Source of the DNA: an uncultured Nitrososphaerota archaeon
Lineage (GTDB): Archaea > Thermoproteota > Nitrososphaeria > Nitrososphaerales > Nitrosopumilaceae
Assembly (NCBI GenBank): GCA_963701075.1
Contig: OY969559.1
Location: 960,001 to 1,024,000, forward strand
DNA: 64,000 nucleotides
Direction of reading: 5' to 3'
Part shown: positions 1 to 11,015 of the stretch, piece by piece
Layout of the letters: every line of letters begins with the position of its first letter
How positions within the stretch are numbered: position 1 is the first letter of the stretch
Notes under the pieces: model-generated
What the model saw: only the letters and a program-made list of their open reading frames with translations
Databases searched by the model: none
What the model was told of the DNA's origin: nothing
Position numbers and translations under genes: made by a program

Positions 1-67
1 TCTCTAGAAGTTCATCTGCAAGCTTGTCTATCCAAGTTCCTTTTCCTATTATTTTTTGTTCTTCCAT
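1..67 (-). CDS. lysS: Lysyl-tRNA synthetase, class I (5' end only, runs off the window)
   Basis: Manual translation MEEQKIIGKGTWIDKLADELLE matches the thaumarchaeal class I LysRS N-terminus; start overlaps the elp3 stop. Confidence 0.7.
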   Translation of the reverse strand, partial: MEEQKIIGKGTWIDKLADELLE

Positions 68-1653
68 TATGACAATTCCTTTGACATGTATGGACCGTCA
101 ATCAAGTAACCTAACTTTCTATAGTATTCTCTTGTACCAACCGCGCTTATGACTAGTAATCTCTTTGCGTCAAACTCTTCTCTTGAAATTCTCTCTGCTT
201 CTCCCATCAGGTTCTTTCCAAGCCCTAGGTGTTGAACGCTGTCTTTATCGCGCTCTCCAAGCTTGAGCGATTTGCCATACACATGCAATTCTCTTACTAT
301 GCATGTGTTACTGGTAACTTCGCTCCTGTGTGCCATGTTGCTTGGTTTTCGCAGTCTCAAAAATCCAAATATCCTGTCTTTTGAATCGTCATACGACAGA
401 AACACTTCCTGTCCACTTGAGGATTCATAGCTATCTTGATTCAACTTAATGTCATCAATGTTAATTGTATTCTCAGACAAGCCAGCTTCTCTGCACCTGA
501 TGCATTTGCAAGAGAGATTTTGCTTTTTGAGATTGTGTTGGACCATCTGGCGCAGGTTGCCAAGATTGGGGCCTGCAATAATTTGATCAGATGAGATCTC
601 CCTCTGCATCCTCATTATTCGTGCCCATCTTGGTATGATCTTTTTCATCTCGGTTAATACTGTCATCATGTCATCTTGGGAATATGGTGTGAACTTGCCT
701 TCTTTGTATGACTGGTATAATGCAGTATTTTCAAGAACCAGTGTTGGATAGATCTTTAGCATGTCTGGTTTGAGAGCAGGATCAGAAAATAGTCTTTTGA
801 AATCCTCAATATCTTCTTCTGGAGTCATGGTTGGCAGACCGGGCATCATGTGTGCCACAATCTTGTAACCTGCATCTTTTGACATCTGAAATGATTCTAC
901 TACGTCTTCAAACGTATGACCTCTGTTGACTATTTGATAAACTCTTTCATGAAGGCTCTGAACGCCAATCTCAACTCTTGTTATTCCGTAGTCAAGCATC
1001 CAGTCCACATGCTGTGTCTTGCAATAATCTGGCTTTGTCTCTATGGTAAAACCAACATTTCTTATGTTTGCCTTTTCATTATTTTTTTTGGCTGATTCCA
1101 AGTCTGGTGAATCAAACCCATTCAATGCATCAAAACACGACTTGATAAAAGATATTTGGTAATCACGAGGCATGAAAAGAAATGTTCCTCCAACAATTAC
1201 TATCTCAATCTTGGTACTGTCATGTCCATATCCAATCAGATGATTAAGTTTGTCAAGAACCTGTTTCTTTGGATCATAACTGTTTGCTATGGCATTTTGT
1301 GTGGATGGCTCTCGTCCTGTATAGCTATTGGGCGTGTTGAATTCAATCCCGCCAGGACAGTATGTGCATCTCCCATGAGGGCAGGCATATGGTTTTGGCA
1401 TGAGTGCAATCACGGCTACTCCCGAAGCGGTCTTTACAGGCTTTCTGATCAAAGCCTTTTGGAGCTTTACAAAGTCTTGCCCACTAACTGATGCAAGAAT
1501 CTCATAATTTCTTGGTATTCGTTCTAGCGAATATCTCACGCAAACGCGCTTGATCTCACGCTTTACATCTTTGTTTGTAGGTTCTGATATGGCAAGTAGA
1601 TTGTGAGAAATTTCTCTACATGCATCTTCAAAGCTTATCCCTATCTGTTGCAC
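67..1653 (-). CDS. elp3: Elp3 radical SAM/GNAT tRNA uridine(34) acetyltransferase
   Basis: CPHGRCTYCPGG radical-SAM motif, KTASGVAV, RELHVYG, QHLGLGKNLM GNAT motif, ISAVGTREYY. Confidence 0.95.
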   Translation of the reverse strand: MQQIGISFEDACREISHNLLAISEPTNKDVKREIKRVCVRYSLERIPRNYEILASVSGQDFVKLQKALIRKPVKTASGVAVIALMPKPYACPHGRCTYCPGGIEFNTPNSYTGREPSTQNAIANSYDPKKQVLDKLNHLIGYGHDSTKIEIVIVGGTFLFMPRDYQISFIKSCFDALNGFDSPDLESAKKNNEKANIRNVGFTIETKPDYCKTQHVDWMLDYGITRVEIGVQSLHERVYQIVNRGHTFEDVVESFQMSKDAGYKIVAHMMPGLPTMTPEEDIEDFKRLFSDPALKPDMLKIYPTLVLENTALYQSYKEGKFTPYSQDDMMTVLTEMKKIIPRWARIMRMQREISSDQIIAGPNLGNLRQMVQHNLKKQNLSCKCIRCREAGLSENTINIDDIKLNQDSYESSSGQEVFLSYDDSKDRIFGFLRLRKPSNMAHRSEVTSNTCIVRELHVYGKSLKLGERDKDSVQHLGLGKNLMGEAERISREEFDAKRLLVISAVGTREYYRKLGYLIDGPYMSKELS

Positions 1654-1755
1654 ATCTTGTCTGAATGAGTTTGGGTATTAAATCCTAATCTGGATATGTC
1701 AAAACACAACCCTTTTTGGCAATCATGATGATCTTAACATTGAGAGCATGATGAA

Positions 1756-1980
1756 ATGACGATTGGATATGTGGCTATACACTGCGATACAGGCAGAGAA
1801 GTATACGTCTACGAGCGTATTGTGGACATATCTCATGTAAAGGAAGCAAGCATTGTGATGGGGCTCTATGATGTCATGTGCAAAATAGAAGTAAGCAGTA
1901 CAAAAGAATTAGAAGATACAGTTATGAAGATAAGGAAAATTTCTCACGTGCAGACCACCATGACGCTGCTTGTACTCTGA
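1756..1980 (+). CDS. Lrp/AsnC ligand-binding (RAM) domain protein
   Basis: 74 aa, VMGLYDVMCKIE...IRKISHVQTTMTL pattern. Confidence 0.8.
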   Translation: MTIGYVAIHCDTGREVYVYERIVDISHVKEASIVMGLYDVMCKIEVSSTKELEDTVMKIRKISHVQTTMTLLVL

Positions 1981-1984
1981 CAAT

Positions 1985-3007
1985 TCATGCTATCTTCAGG
2001 GAATCAACAAATACACCCTTTTTATCTCTGATCTCACCAATCTGCCTGCTTTGTAGTCCGTATTTTTTGAATATTTTATCAATTCTCTCCTCTTCTTCTT
2101 CTGGTGCAATCAAGCAAAAACCAATTCCCATGTTGAATGTCTTGTACATTTCTTCTTTTTCTACATCTTGGTTTTCTATCAACTGGAATATTTCTGGAGG
2201 CTCTGGAAGATTATCGATCACATATCCTGTTTTTTTGAGGCGCAAAAGTTTGGTAAAAGAACCACCTGTTATGTGTGCAAGTCCGTGAACATCGCATTCT
2301 TTTATGGCTTCAAGTACTGGCTGAACATATACCTCAGTTGGTTCCAAAAGTGCCTCCCCTAATACACCTAATCCCTTTATCTTGTCACGCAAAGAATATT
2401 TTGAAAGTAAAACTTTTCTGGCAAGAGAGTATCCATTAGAATGCAATCCGCTACTTTTTACACCAATTATTATGTCTCCAGGATTAATCATATCTCCAAG
2501 AATCATGTTTTGTTTATTCAGTATTCCTACTACCATTCCTGCTAAATCAAATGAAAAGTTTTTTCCTGCTATTAGATCTGGTAGTATGGCCGTTTCGCCA
2601 CCTACTATTGGCACTTTGGCTTTCTTGGCTCCCCTTACAAGGCCACGGACAATTTCTTTGAAGATCTCTTGGTCATTTCTGTTTGCCGCAATATAATCAA
2701 CAAAGGAGATTGGAACGGCTCCAGTGCATATGATGTCATTCACATTCATTGCTATGCAGTCTATGCCAATAGTGTCATATTTTTTCATCATCTGTGCGAT
2801 TATTACCTTTGTACCGACACCGTCTGTGTGCGTAGCCAATAACTTTCCGCCTGGAATCTCTACAATCCCTGCGTAGTGCCCAAATCCAGACATTATCTTT
2901 ATTCCTTTTTGCAATTTATGAGTTGATGAAATTAGCCTGCCAATGCTATCTTGACTTTGTTTTATTTTCCTAATGTCAATTCCGGCATCTTTGTATGTGA
3001 CTCCCAA
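1985..3007 (-). CDS. purM: Phosphoribosylformylglycinamidine cyclo-ligase
   Basis: YKDAG, TDGVGTK, GGETA, SSGLHSNGYSL, HITGG, FNMGIG motifs. Confidence 0.97.
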   Translation of the reverse strand: MGVTYKDAGIDIRKIKQSQDSIGRLISSTHKLQKGIKIMSGFGHYAGIVEIPGGKLLATHTDGVGTKVIIAQMMKKYDTIGIDCIAMNVNDIICTGAVPISFVDYIAANRNDQEIFKEIVRGLVRGAKKAKVPIVGGETAILPDLIAGKNFSFDLAGMVVGILNKQNMILGDMINPGDIIIGVKSSGLHSNGYSLARKVLLSKYSLRDKIKGLGVLGEALLEPTEVYVQPVLEAIKECDVHGLAHITGGSFTKLLRLKKTGYVIDNLPEPPEIFQLIENQDVEKEEMYKTFNMGIGFCLIAPEEEEERIDKIFKKYGLQSRQIGEIRDKKGVFVDSLKIA

Positions 3008-3073
3008 TGAATCTGCTCCAGTTGCTCAGAATAAAAGAATTTTGTATCGCGTTATGTTTATACAGTCAACAGA

Positions 3074-3418
3074 CTAGTTGGTTTTTTGCGTAAACAGGTT
3101 CAACATAGTTCTTCCTTTGTCTGTTATAAAATAAACCATGTTTGATCCAATCGGTTCTTTTCGTATGAAATTGTATGCCATACAAAGATGGAGATAGTTC
3201 AGAAAGGATCTTTTCATTCTAATGTTTGATTTTACATAAAGATCTGAAAATGTTATTGGCTCGCACCTTAGTTGGTATAATAGTTTAAGGATGGAAATTG
3301 TACTAAAATCTCGAGTCCTAGCCTTGACCGCATCCAATATTTGCTCATCCCTTTTTATTATAAACTCCGAAAACTGATCGGCTACTTCCACTGGTATGTA
3401 AGTCATTCTAGTTCGCAT
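3074..3418 (-). CDS. Winged-helix DNA-binding protein
   Basis: C-terminal YFITDKGR wHTH signature. Confidence 0.7.
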   Translation of the reverse strand: MRTRMTYIPVEVADQFSEFIIKRDEQILDAVKARTRDFSTISILKLLYQLRCEPITFSDLYVKSNIRMKRSFLNYLHLCMAYNFIRKEPIGSNMVYFITDKGRTMLNLFTQKTN

Positions 3419-3634
3419 ATTACAGTATAGGTACGGTAATATACCTTATTAAATTAGCTTGTGGAATTTTTGAGCTAATCAGTATCTTTTTTGAACGTGT
3501 ATGCACCATACCAAATAAACTAAGACGTACCAAATACGAAAATTTTTAATTTATGAAGAAAAAATGGCGTAGAATGCATATAGTTAGTTTGGAAGATGCA
3601 ATTTGTTTTTATTCAAGGCATGTTGAAACCCAAC

Positions 3635-3871
3635 ATGCCTAGTGCATTTGTTCTTATGAATGCTGAACTTGGAAAGGAAAATCATATTGTCAATGAGATT
3701 AAAAAAATTGCTAATGTTAAGGAGGTCTATCCAGTTTATGGTGTTTATGATGTTTTAATGATAATAGAGTCAGACTCTATGGAAGTCTTGCGTGAAACAA
3801 TAACTTCTAAGATAAGAAAATTGGATGGCATAAAATCAACCCTCACTATGATAATTGTTAAAGATCAATAA
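3635..3871 (+). CDS. Lrp/AsnC ligand-binding domain protein
   Basis: MPSAFVLMNAELG...VYGVYDV...IRKLDGIKSTLTM; start moved to the internal Met. Confidence 0.85.
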   Translation: MPSAFVLMNAELGKENHIVNEIKKIANVKEVYPVYGVYDVLMIIESDSMEVLRETITSKIRKLDGIKSTLTMIIVKDQ

Positions 3872-3924
3872 CGCGCACTTGTTTTCTATCATTTAATAGA
3901 AGTTATTTCAACAGGATATGGTAA

Positions 3925-4929
3925 TTGACTAACAATTTTATCATGCTTCTAGCATGGTTAGGAGAACTACTCGTGTCAAGCTGGCTGCTCTCAGAAGGAG
4001 CAGAACATCTGTCAGGACGATGGGGAGGAAGATTTGTTGGCAGAACGCTACTTAGTGTTGCGACTACCTTGCCTGAAATTGGCATTGTTGTGGCTGCCGC
4101 AAGGAATGGATCCTACGATGTGGCACTGGGTTCAGCCCTTGGAAGCAACCTGTTCATGATGACATTGGGTTTGTCAGTTATGTTGATAATCGCAACCACA
4201 CGTCTCTCAAAATCGCCGCAGAAATTTATTGATGTCAAGGAGTTTAAGATGGATAAAATACTTCTTGTGGTAACAGCGATTATCGGTGCCATTGCATTTG
4301 TAAATGGATATGACATAACAGATGGAATATTATTTTCTGGACTGTTTGGAACATATCTATATCTTGCTTATCGCGAAATGAAAAAAGAGAAAGAACAAGA
4401 GAGATTTGAGACTGACCTTCATGATCTTGACCGAAAAACGTCGAAAAAGCATTTCAGTCGTTCCATGATTTTCTTTGTTATTGGTACAATTGGAATCTTT
4501 GTTGGAGCTGAGCCTTTTGTTCATACTTTACAAGGATCAGCATCCGACTTTGGGGTATCAGCTGTAATACTTGCTGTAATTATAAGTCCAATCGCAGGGG
4601 AGATGCCTGAGAAGATATCTATGATTCTCTTGGCAAGAAAGGGAAACAAAGGTGCATCGATTGCAGTTGCAAACGTACTTGGCTCCAAGATAGTCAATAA
4701 CACATTGTTGTTATCCGTAGCTATTTTTGCAGCAATAAGTTACAAAGGATTGAGTGCAAAGATCCCAAACACATCGCTTTTAGAAAACCAGATGATACTT
4801 GTCACTGTCATAACAATTATTGCGTTGATACCGATGTTCCGAAACAAGTTAGGTCTGCGTTCAGGTCTGCTGTTGTTGGCGCTCTATGCAGTTGGCATTG
4901 GGTTCCAATTTGTACTTTCTGGCCATTAA
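3925..4929 (+). CDS. Sodium:calcium exchanger (CaCA) family antiporter
   Basis: Alpha-repeats ATTLPE...GSALGSN and GEMPE...NVLGSK, about 10 TM segments. Confidence 0.88.
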   Translation: MTNNFIMLLAWLGELLVSSWLLSEGAEHLSGRWGGRFVGRTLLSVATTLPEIGIVVAAARNGSYDVALGSALGSNLFMMTLGLSVMLIIATTRLSKSPQKFIDVKEFKMDKILLVVTAIIGAIAFVNGYDITDGILFSGLFGTYLYLAYREMKKEKEQERFETDLHDLDRKTSKKHFSRSMIFFVIGTIGIFVGAEPFVHTLQGSASDFGVSAVILAVIISPIAGEMPEKISMILLARKGNKGASIAVANVLGSKIVNNTLLLSVAIFAAISYKGLSAKIPNTSLLENQMILVTVITIIALIPMFRNKLGLRSGLLLLALYAVGIGFQFVLSGH

Positions 4930-6281
4930 ATAGGAATCACTTTGATTTCATCTACCTTGACAGAAGGTGTAACGCAGGGAAGGGCACTCCACTGAAGTAC
5001 ATTTTGAGAATCATTTCCTATATCTGATATGTTCTGGAGCAGTGTGGGTAAACTATGTACTATTCTTACAGACTTGCCAGAACTTACTATTTTACCGTCT
5101 TCTATTATCCTAACACCACTTCTAGCAGTACATGAAAAATCCCCACGTTCTGGATTGACTGCATATGTGTACCAGAGCCTTCCTACAAGCAAGCCCTTTC
5201 TAGTCTCTTTTATCATCTCATCTCTGCCTGTATTGCCTTCTTTTATTCTCAGATTATGCGGAATTGGGCTTGGTATGGGGGTTGCAGCTCTTCCCATTGG
5301 AGATCCCATTCTACCTGCATTGCCTGTTGTTTGAAGATTTTCTTTGAAGGCATGGTAAGAATCTGAATATATGTCTGAAAAAATTCCCGACTCTATTAGG
5401 TACCTTGTTTTTGTTGGGGTACCTTCGTCATCAAAGGGCTTACTTCCTATGCCGTCTGGAAAGTGAGGATCGTCAATCAAGCTAAATTTCTCTACTGCGA
5501 TTTCCTTGCCAAGTTTTTCAGCAAAACAACTTCTCTTTTCAGAATATGTCTTTAGATTGAAATTTGAGGCAAAAACAAATGCAAGCATCTCTCCAATCGC
5601 ATATGGTTCAAAAATTACAGAATATGTTTCTGGATTGCAACCTTGTGGATTAATTGAATTGATGCACATCTCTCTTGCATCGCTTCCAACTCGCTGCGGA
5701 AAAAATGAATTCATGGTTCTTGAAGATAATGCACCAATCCCGCTTACTGGAGTATTTCCATAATCTGAATCAGCATTGATGGTTCCAGCTATGTATGTAG
5801 CCTTGTCTGAACATCTCAAGCCATTGGTATTTTCAATCTCGAATTCTTCCGATACAATATTCAACGATCCAGAAATTCTTGTTATTTTTTCATGTGATGC
5901 AGAATTTATCATAATATTTGCTATCTCTATTGCTTCAAGCCCTGTTATGCTCTCTAGTTTTTCATCAAAGGTTTTTTCGACTTTTGTAAACTTTGCAGGA
6001 TGGGCAAGTGACTTCCAGAAACTTTTAGGCTGCATGAAAGATTTTGTCTGCAGAGCTCTTTCAACCAAACATGTATCTTCTATATCGTTGGTAACAGCAG
6101 ATAGAATCTTTTTTTCATGTATTATTCTTATTCCTAATCCTTGTTCATCGTTTTGTTTTATCTCTGCTATTTCAGAGTCAGTTATTCTGACAGTAATGAT
6201 CTTTTTTCTGACATATACTGCTTCGCATTCATCAATATGCAATCTTGTTGCTTTGCGAAGGATAGATTCGCAATTTGACAA
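4926..6281 (-). CDS. TldD/PmbA family protein
   Basis: GLGIRII, PFDDEGTPT, TTGNA, GDFS motifs. Confidence 0.9.
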   Translation of the reverse strand: MSNCESILRKATRLHIDECEAVYVRKKIITVRITDSEIAEIKQNDEQGLGIRIIHEKKILSAVTNDIEDTCLVERALQTKSFMQPKSFWKSLAHPAKFTKVEKTFDEKLESITGLEAIEIANIMINSASHEKITRISGSLNIVSEEFEIENTNGLRCSDKATYIAGTINADSDYGNTPVSGIGALSSRTMNSFFPQRVGSDAREMCINSINPQGCNPETYSVIFEPYAIGEMLAFVFASNFNLKTYSEKRSCFAEKLGKEIAVEKFSLIDDPHFPDGIGSKPFDDEGTPTKTRYLIESGIFSDIYSDSYHAFKENLQTTGNAGRMGSPMGRAATPIPSPIPHNLRIKEGNTGRDEMIKETRKGLLVGRLWYTYAVNPERGDFSCTARSGVRIIEDGKIVSSGKSVRIVHSLPTLLQNISDIGNDSQNVLQWSALPCVTPSVKVDEIKVIPI

Positions 6282-7547
6282 CTAATTTCGCCTGTTATTT
6301 TTGTACCTGTATCTATCTAGTTTTATTAATTCTTGATAAGAGCCAAATCGGTTGACATCTTCCACTTTGTCAAGCATATCTTCTTCTTCGCCTGAATTGA
6401 ACCTCTTGATTATCTTATATCTTGTTGTTCTCTGGGCAGGGATCCTTCCTATCTCTCTTACAAGATGCCTTATTTCACGTGGTCTTATGATCTGACCGTG
6501 ACCTGCTCCTGCGGCAGTTGAGATGCTCTCATTGATGAGGGTTCCTCCAAAATCATTGGCGCCACATGTTAGCAATAGCTGTGACATGTTGGTGCCTTCT
6601 TTGACCCATGATGTCTGAATGTTATTGATGCAGTTGTTTAACATGATGCGTGAAATGGCATGCGTCAATATGACATCTCTTCCATCAGCTCCGCTCTTTA
6701 TTCCGTCATGCAGTTTTTCCTTAAACATGGGAGCTTCAGTATGAATGAAATTCAATGGAACAAATTCAGTAAAGCCACCAGTTTCCTTTTGTATGTCTCG
6801 AAGGATACCGATGTGCTTTGCTCTATCTTCCGGTGTTTCAAGGTGCCCAAACATCATGGTAGATGTAGATGGAATTCCCATCTTGTGAGCTGTCTTTATT
6901 ACCTCAATCCATTTTTTCACACTGATTCTTCCAGGTGAAATTTTATCGCGCAGTGATTGATCCAAGATCTCTGCAGCAGTACCAGGGAGTGAGTTTACTC
7001 CAGCATCCTTTAACCTTTGTAAATATTCCTGAATCGAAAGACTTGATCTAGTCGCACCATAGAGAACTTCTTCTGGTGAAAAACCATGTATGTGAATGTC
7101 TCTAATCTCTTTTTTTATTGACTTGCAGATATTCTCATAAGTACCTCCATCCATATCGGGGGGAAGCCCTGCTTGTACACATACCTCGGTTGCACCAAGT
7201 GCGCTTGCCTCCTTTGCTCTCTTTACTATTTCCTCTATTGGTAAAAAATATCCCTCCTCTTCACGAAAGTCTCTACTAAATGCACAAAAGCCGCACTGTT
7301 TGATACAGACATTGGTAAAGTTGATGTTTCTATTCACAACATAAGTGACTATCTCTCCTACACGTCTCTTGCGAAGCTCATCTGCTACCATGACCACAAG
7401 ATGAAAGTCTATTCCATTTGCAGAAAATAATCTTGTAGCTTCCGGTATAGTTACTTCTTTTTCTCCTAGGGCTCTGTCTAACGTCTCTGCAATAAAAGGA
7501 TCAGCATGCCTGAGAAGAGAATCAAAAAGGGCCGTCTGTATTTTCAT
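6282..7547 (-). CDS. cofH: FO synthase subunit CofH
   Basis: NINFTNVCIKQCGFCAF, LPGTAAEILD, NIQTSWVK, GANDFGGTL; adjacent to cofG. Confidence 0.93.
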   Translation of the reverse strand: MKIQTALFDSLLRHADPFIAETLDRALGEKEVTIPEATRLFSANGIDFHLVVMVADELRKRRVGEIVTYVVNRNINFTNVCIKQCGFCAFSRDFREEEGYFLPIEEIVKRAKEASALGATEVCVQAGLPPDMDGGTYENICKSIKKEIRDIHIHGFSPEEVLYGATRSSLSIQEYLQRLKDAGVNSLPGTAAEILDQSLRDKISPGRISVKKWIEVIKTAHKMGIPSTSTMMFGHLETPEDRAKHIGILRDIQKETGGFTEFVPLNFIHTEAPMFKEKLHDGIKSGADGRDVILTHAISRIMLNNCINNIQTSWVKEGTNMSQLLLTCGANDFGGTLINESISTAAGAGHGQIIRPREIRHLVREIGRIPAQRTTRYKIIKRFNSGEEEDMLDKVEDVNRFGSYQELIKLDRYRYKNNRRN

Positions 7548-8713
7548 TTCAGGTACTCCTTATTTACAAGACAACTAGAGTCAGCAATCTCTAGCATCTT
7601 AGATCTCAAACTAGAATTCACCATGGGGAAGAACTCGGGATAGACTGGAAATCGTGCCCTAAGCTCAAATCCTGCATTTTCACAATTTTTCTGCACAGTA
7701 TCAATTGAAGGCCAAGAAAACTCAGGATTTACATAATCTGGAGTTATTGGAGATATTCCTCCCCAGTCATTTATGCCAGTTTGAAGAAAATCTTGGTAAG
7801 AACTAGGAGATAGATTTGGCGGAATTTGTATATTCATTTCTGGCATAATTAATCTAGTCAAAGCAACAATAGTCTTGAAATATCTTTCTTCTGGTCCAGG
7901 TACGTTTTGCATCATAGTATTGGGCTTTGGTTGAAAGTTTTGCAATATTATTTCTTGAATGTGACCATATTTTTGATGAATCGATTTTATGGCAAAGATG
8001 GAGTCAATTATCTCAAAGGGGCTCTCACCAATTCCTATCAAGAGTCCAGTTGTCATTGGTATGGACAGCTCACCGGCGTTCTCTAATACGTGAATTCTGG
8101 CTCTTGGCTTCTTGCTTGGTGCAAATTCGTGAGGCATGTCTTTTTTTCCAAGTCTCTCGCTTGAGTTTTCAAGCATCACTCCAAGGCTTGGATTAGTCTT
8201 TCTGAGTTGGCTCATCTCAGATTTTGTTAGATTTCCAGCATTGGTGTGTGGAAACAGTCCTGCATTCAACGCTATTTCTGATGCATGAATGAGATATTCT
8301 GCAGTACTTGCAAAGCCATTTTCTTTAAGCCACATTCTGGCTTCGTCATATTTCTGCTCTGGTCTTTCGCCTGTGACAAATAATGCCTCTGTACACTTGT
8401 GATTACTTCCTACGGACGCAAGATTTGAGATATCTTGCTTTGACATCATGGATGTTTTGGATTCCCGTGGTTCTGACTTGTAAGTACAATAAGAACAAGT
8501 ATCTCGGCAGAGATTGATCAAATTAAAAAAAACTTTTCTTGAGTACGTGACAATTCTTCCCTTGTTTTTATCTCTGAGAATCTGTGATGCTTTATAAATC
8601 TCAAATGTACTGCTTTCTGATTCCTGATAAATCTGATATGCGTCAGTATTTGTAATTTCTTTCCCGTCGAATACTTTGTTTAATAATTCAGAATTTAGAA
8701 CTATCTCGCTCAA
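7544..8713 (-). CDS. cofG: FO synthase subunit CofG
   Basis: CRDTCSYC, PHTNAG, QIPPNL, DWGGISP, DYVNPE. Confidence 0.93.
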   Translation of the reverse strand: MSEIVLNSELLNKVFDGKEITNTDAYQIYQESESSTFEIYKASQILRDKNKGRIVTYSRKVFFNLINLCRDTCSYCTYKSEPRESKTSMMSKQDISNLASVGSNHKCTEALFVTGERPEQKYDEARMWLKENGFASTAEYLIHASEIALNAGLFPHTNAGNLTKSEMSQLRKTNPSLGVMLENSSERLGKKDMPHEFAPSKKPRARIHVLENAGELSIPMTTGLLIGIGESPFEIIDSIFAIKSIHQKYGHIQEIILQNFQPKPNTMMQNVPGPEERYFKTIVALTRLIMPEMNIQIPPNLSPSSYQDFLQTGINDWGGISPITPDYVNPEFSWPSIDTVQKNCENAGFELRARFPVYPEFFPMVNSSLRSKMLEIADSSCLVNKEYLK

Positions 8714-8753
8714 CTAGTTTTGTAGCTTAGGGGGGGTTGTATTTATTCTTGTA

Positions 8754-9878
8754 CTAGAACTGACTTGGTCTTTCCTGAAGAGTAAGAGTAATCTGCATGG
8801 TTTTACCATCGCGAATTATTGTCAGAGTCATATTGTCGCCCACTGCCTTTTGATCCTGCAGATAGTTGAGCAAATCTTCTATTTTTTGAATAGGGTGACC
8901 ATCAGCTGCTATTATGATGTCTCCGCCTATTTGATACTGTGTACCGTTGATGGTTTTTGTTTCCTTGTATCCGTGAACCCCTGCCTTTGCAGCTGAACTA
9001 TTTGGAACTACCGTATTAACCATGAAACCAGACGAGACTGGCAATTGTAAAGTACTGGATAAGTCTGGGTCTACACTTATCCCAGTTATGCCAAGCCATG
9101 GATGTTCATAGTGGCCAGTTTGTATGAGAACGGGAACTATTTTTTTCATGGTATTTGATGGAATCGAAAAACCTATGCCAGAAAATTCTCCCGTCTCAGA
9201 CTGGATTGCGGTATTTATGCCAATTACTTCTCCTTGCATATTAAGAAGAGGACCTCCAGAATTGCCTGGATTTATTGGTGTGTCTGTCTGAATAACATTT
9301 GGTATAGAAAAGGAACTATTTGGAGGATCAAGAAGTCTACCTAACTGACTTACTATTCCAGATGTTATTGAACCACTAAGGCCGAAAGGATTTCCAATTG
9401 CAGCTACTTGGTCTCCAATTCTAAGATCAGACGAATTTCCAAGTGGCAAAGGGTGTAAAACATATGTATCGGGTACTACTTTGACAACTGCAAGATCAGC
9501 ATATGGATCTGTGCCAACTATTGTAGCTGGTAATGACTCTCCATCATGAAAAACAACTCGAATCTTGGTGCTATCTTGTACCACGTGATTGTTTGTTATG
9601 ATGTGACCGCTTGTATCGTAAACAATTCCTGAACCAAGATCTCTTTCAGGTAAAGAACCGTTTGATTTGTCAACTATTATTTGAACCACGCCTTGATCAG
9701 ACTGGGCAAAAAGATCAGCCAAGCTCAGTTGGGAATCTTTCACGGTTTGATCGAATGGGTTACTCTGAACTATCTGATGTGAACCATCAAGTTTGAATGG
9801 AGATGCAACAAAAATGGATATCAAAGCTAATACTACTACGCAATACATTCCACCTAAAACGGCACTAGTCTTATCCAA
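8754..9878 (-). CDS. HtrA/DegP-like serine protease with PDZ domain
   Basis: TNNHV, DLAV, INPGNSGGPL catalytic triad; N-terminal TM; C-terminal PDZ. Confidence 0.93.
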   Translation of the reverse strand: MDKTSAVLGGMYCVVVLALISIFVASPFKLDGSHQIVQSNPFDQTVKDSQLSLADLFAQSDQGVVQIIVDKSNGSLPERDLGSGIVYDTSGHIITNNHVVQDSTKIRVVFHDGESLPATIVGTDPYADLAVVKVVPDTYVLHPLPLGNSSDLRIGDQVAAIGNPFGLSGSITSGIVSQLGRLLDPPNSSFSIPNVIQTDTPINPGNSGGPLLNMQGEVIGINTAIQSETGEFSGIGFSIPSNTMKKIVPVLIQTGHYEHPWLGITGISVDPDLSSTLQLPVSSGFMVNTVVPNSSAAKAGVHGYKETKTINGTQYQIGGDIIIAADGHPIQKIEDLLNYLQDQKAVGDNMTLTIIRDGKTMQITLTLQERPSQF

Positions 9879-10006
9879 GGATGTGGATTATAGTTGGTAG
9901 TCATATAATATTTTGTTTCGCGCAATAAAACTCGAAAAATGTTGGAATTGCTGGGTTTTATCAGATTGTGATGATTACAGTTTAACTGAAGACATTTAAT
10001 TAATTG

Positions 10007-10918
10007 CTAATTTTGATGAACTTTTTCAACATTCTTACTTTCTTTTGTGACAAGATAGATACCTGTTAACATTAACGCAATAGCCAAAATCTGATACCAC
10101 CCAATTTTTTCATGTAAAAATATCGATGCAAACAGCAAACCAAATACCGTACCAGTAGAATAAATTAACATGGTTTTTACAGTCCCTATTCTTCTAAGGC
10201 TGTGTAAAAATAGGTAGAGCGAGATACCGAAACCTACCATTCCGACTAGAAGTATATTTGGAATTTCCATGAGTGTGATATTCACTGGAATCTTGATAGC
10301 TAGCGCAAAAACAAAGAGTATACTGCCTCCAATGAGACCCTTGAGCTGTACTAGTCTTGAAATATCAACGCGTTGCGCTGCTATCTTGCTTATATTATTA
10401 TCCAATGCCCACAGTGACATTGACAATATTATCAGCACGTTACCTTCATTTTTTAGGTTTGAAAGAAAGCCTGAAAACTGAAGATTTGTTGTAACAATAA
10501 CCACGCCAGTCAGAACCAACGCTACAGCTAGATAACCACGTGGCCTGAGTTTCTCTTTGAAAAATATCAACGCAAAAAGAACTGTAAATATGGTCTCTGA
10601 ATTGGACAAGATTGCAGTATCTGAGGCAGTTGTTTGTTCAAGTCCTATGAAAAATAAACTTGGCGCCAATACTGCGCCTGATATAGTTATTGCAAGTATG
10701 AGTGGCCAATCATTTGATCTAACCTGAAATCCTTTTACCTTGTAGGATAAAGGAACAGAAACAAGTGAAGCCAGCAAGTATACTAATGCAGCATACATCA
10801 AAGGATTTGTATTTACTAGTACAGGCTTGGAAGCAGTAGAGATCGACCCCACCAGAACAGCACACAGAACAGCTGACGCATATCCTATCCTTGTAGACTT
10901 GATGTTTGATTGGGCCAA
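10007..10918 (-). CDS. DMT/EamA family transporter
   Basis: About 10 TM, duplicated EamA pattern (FFKEKL / FLHEKI). Confidence 0.88.
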   Translation of the reverse strand: MAQSNIKSTRIGYASAVLCAVLVGSISTASKPVLVNTNPLMYAALVYLLASLVSVPLSYKVKGFQVRSNDWPLILAITISGAVLAPSLFFIGLEQTTASDTAILSNSETIFTVLFALIFFKEKLRPRGYLAVALVLTGVVIVTTNLQFSGFLSNLKNEGNVLIILSMSLWALDNNISKIAAQRVDISRLVQLKGLIGGSILFVFALAIKIPVNITLMEIPNILLVGMVGFGISLYLFLHSLRRIGTVKTMLIYSTGTVFGLLFASIFLHEKIGWYQILAIALMLTGIYLVTKESKNVEKVHQN

Positions 10919-11015
10919 TGTGGTTTAAGAAATCTGAGGGTATCTAAACTTCTTTCTTATTTGTCAAGACAAAACTAAATTATTTCTCAACTCTTATTTC
11001 CTTACACTGGTTCAC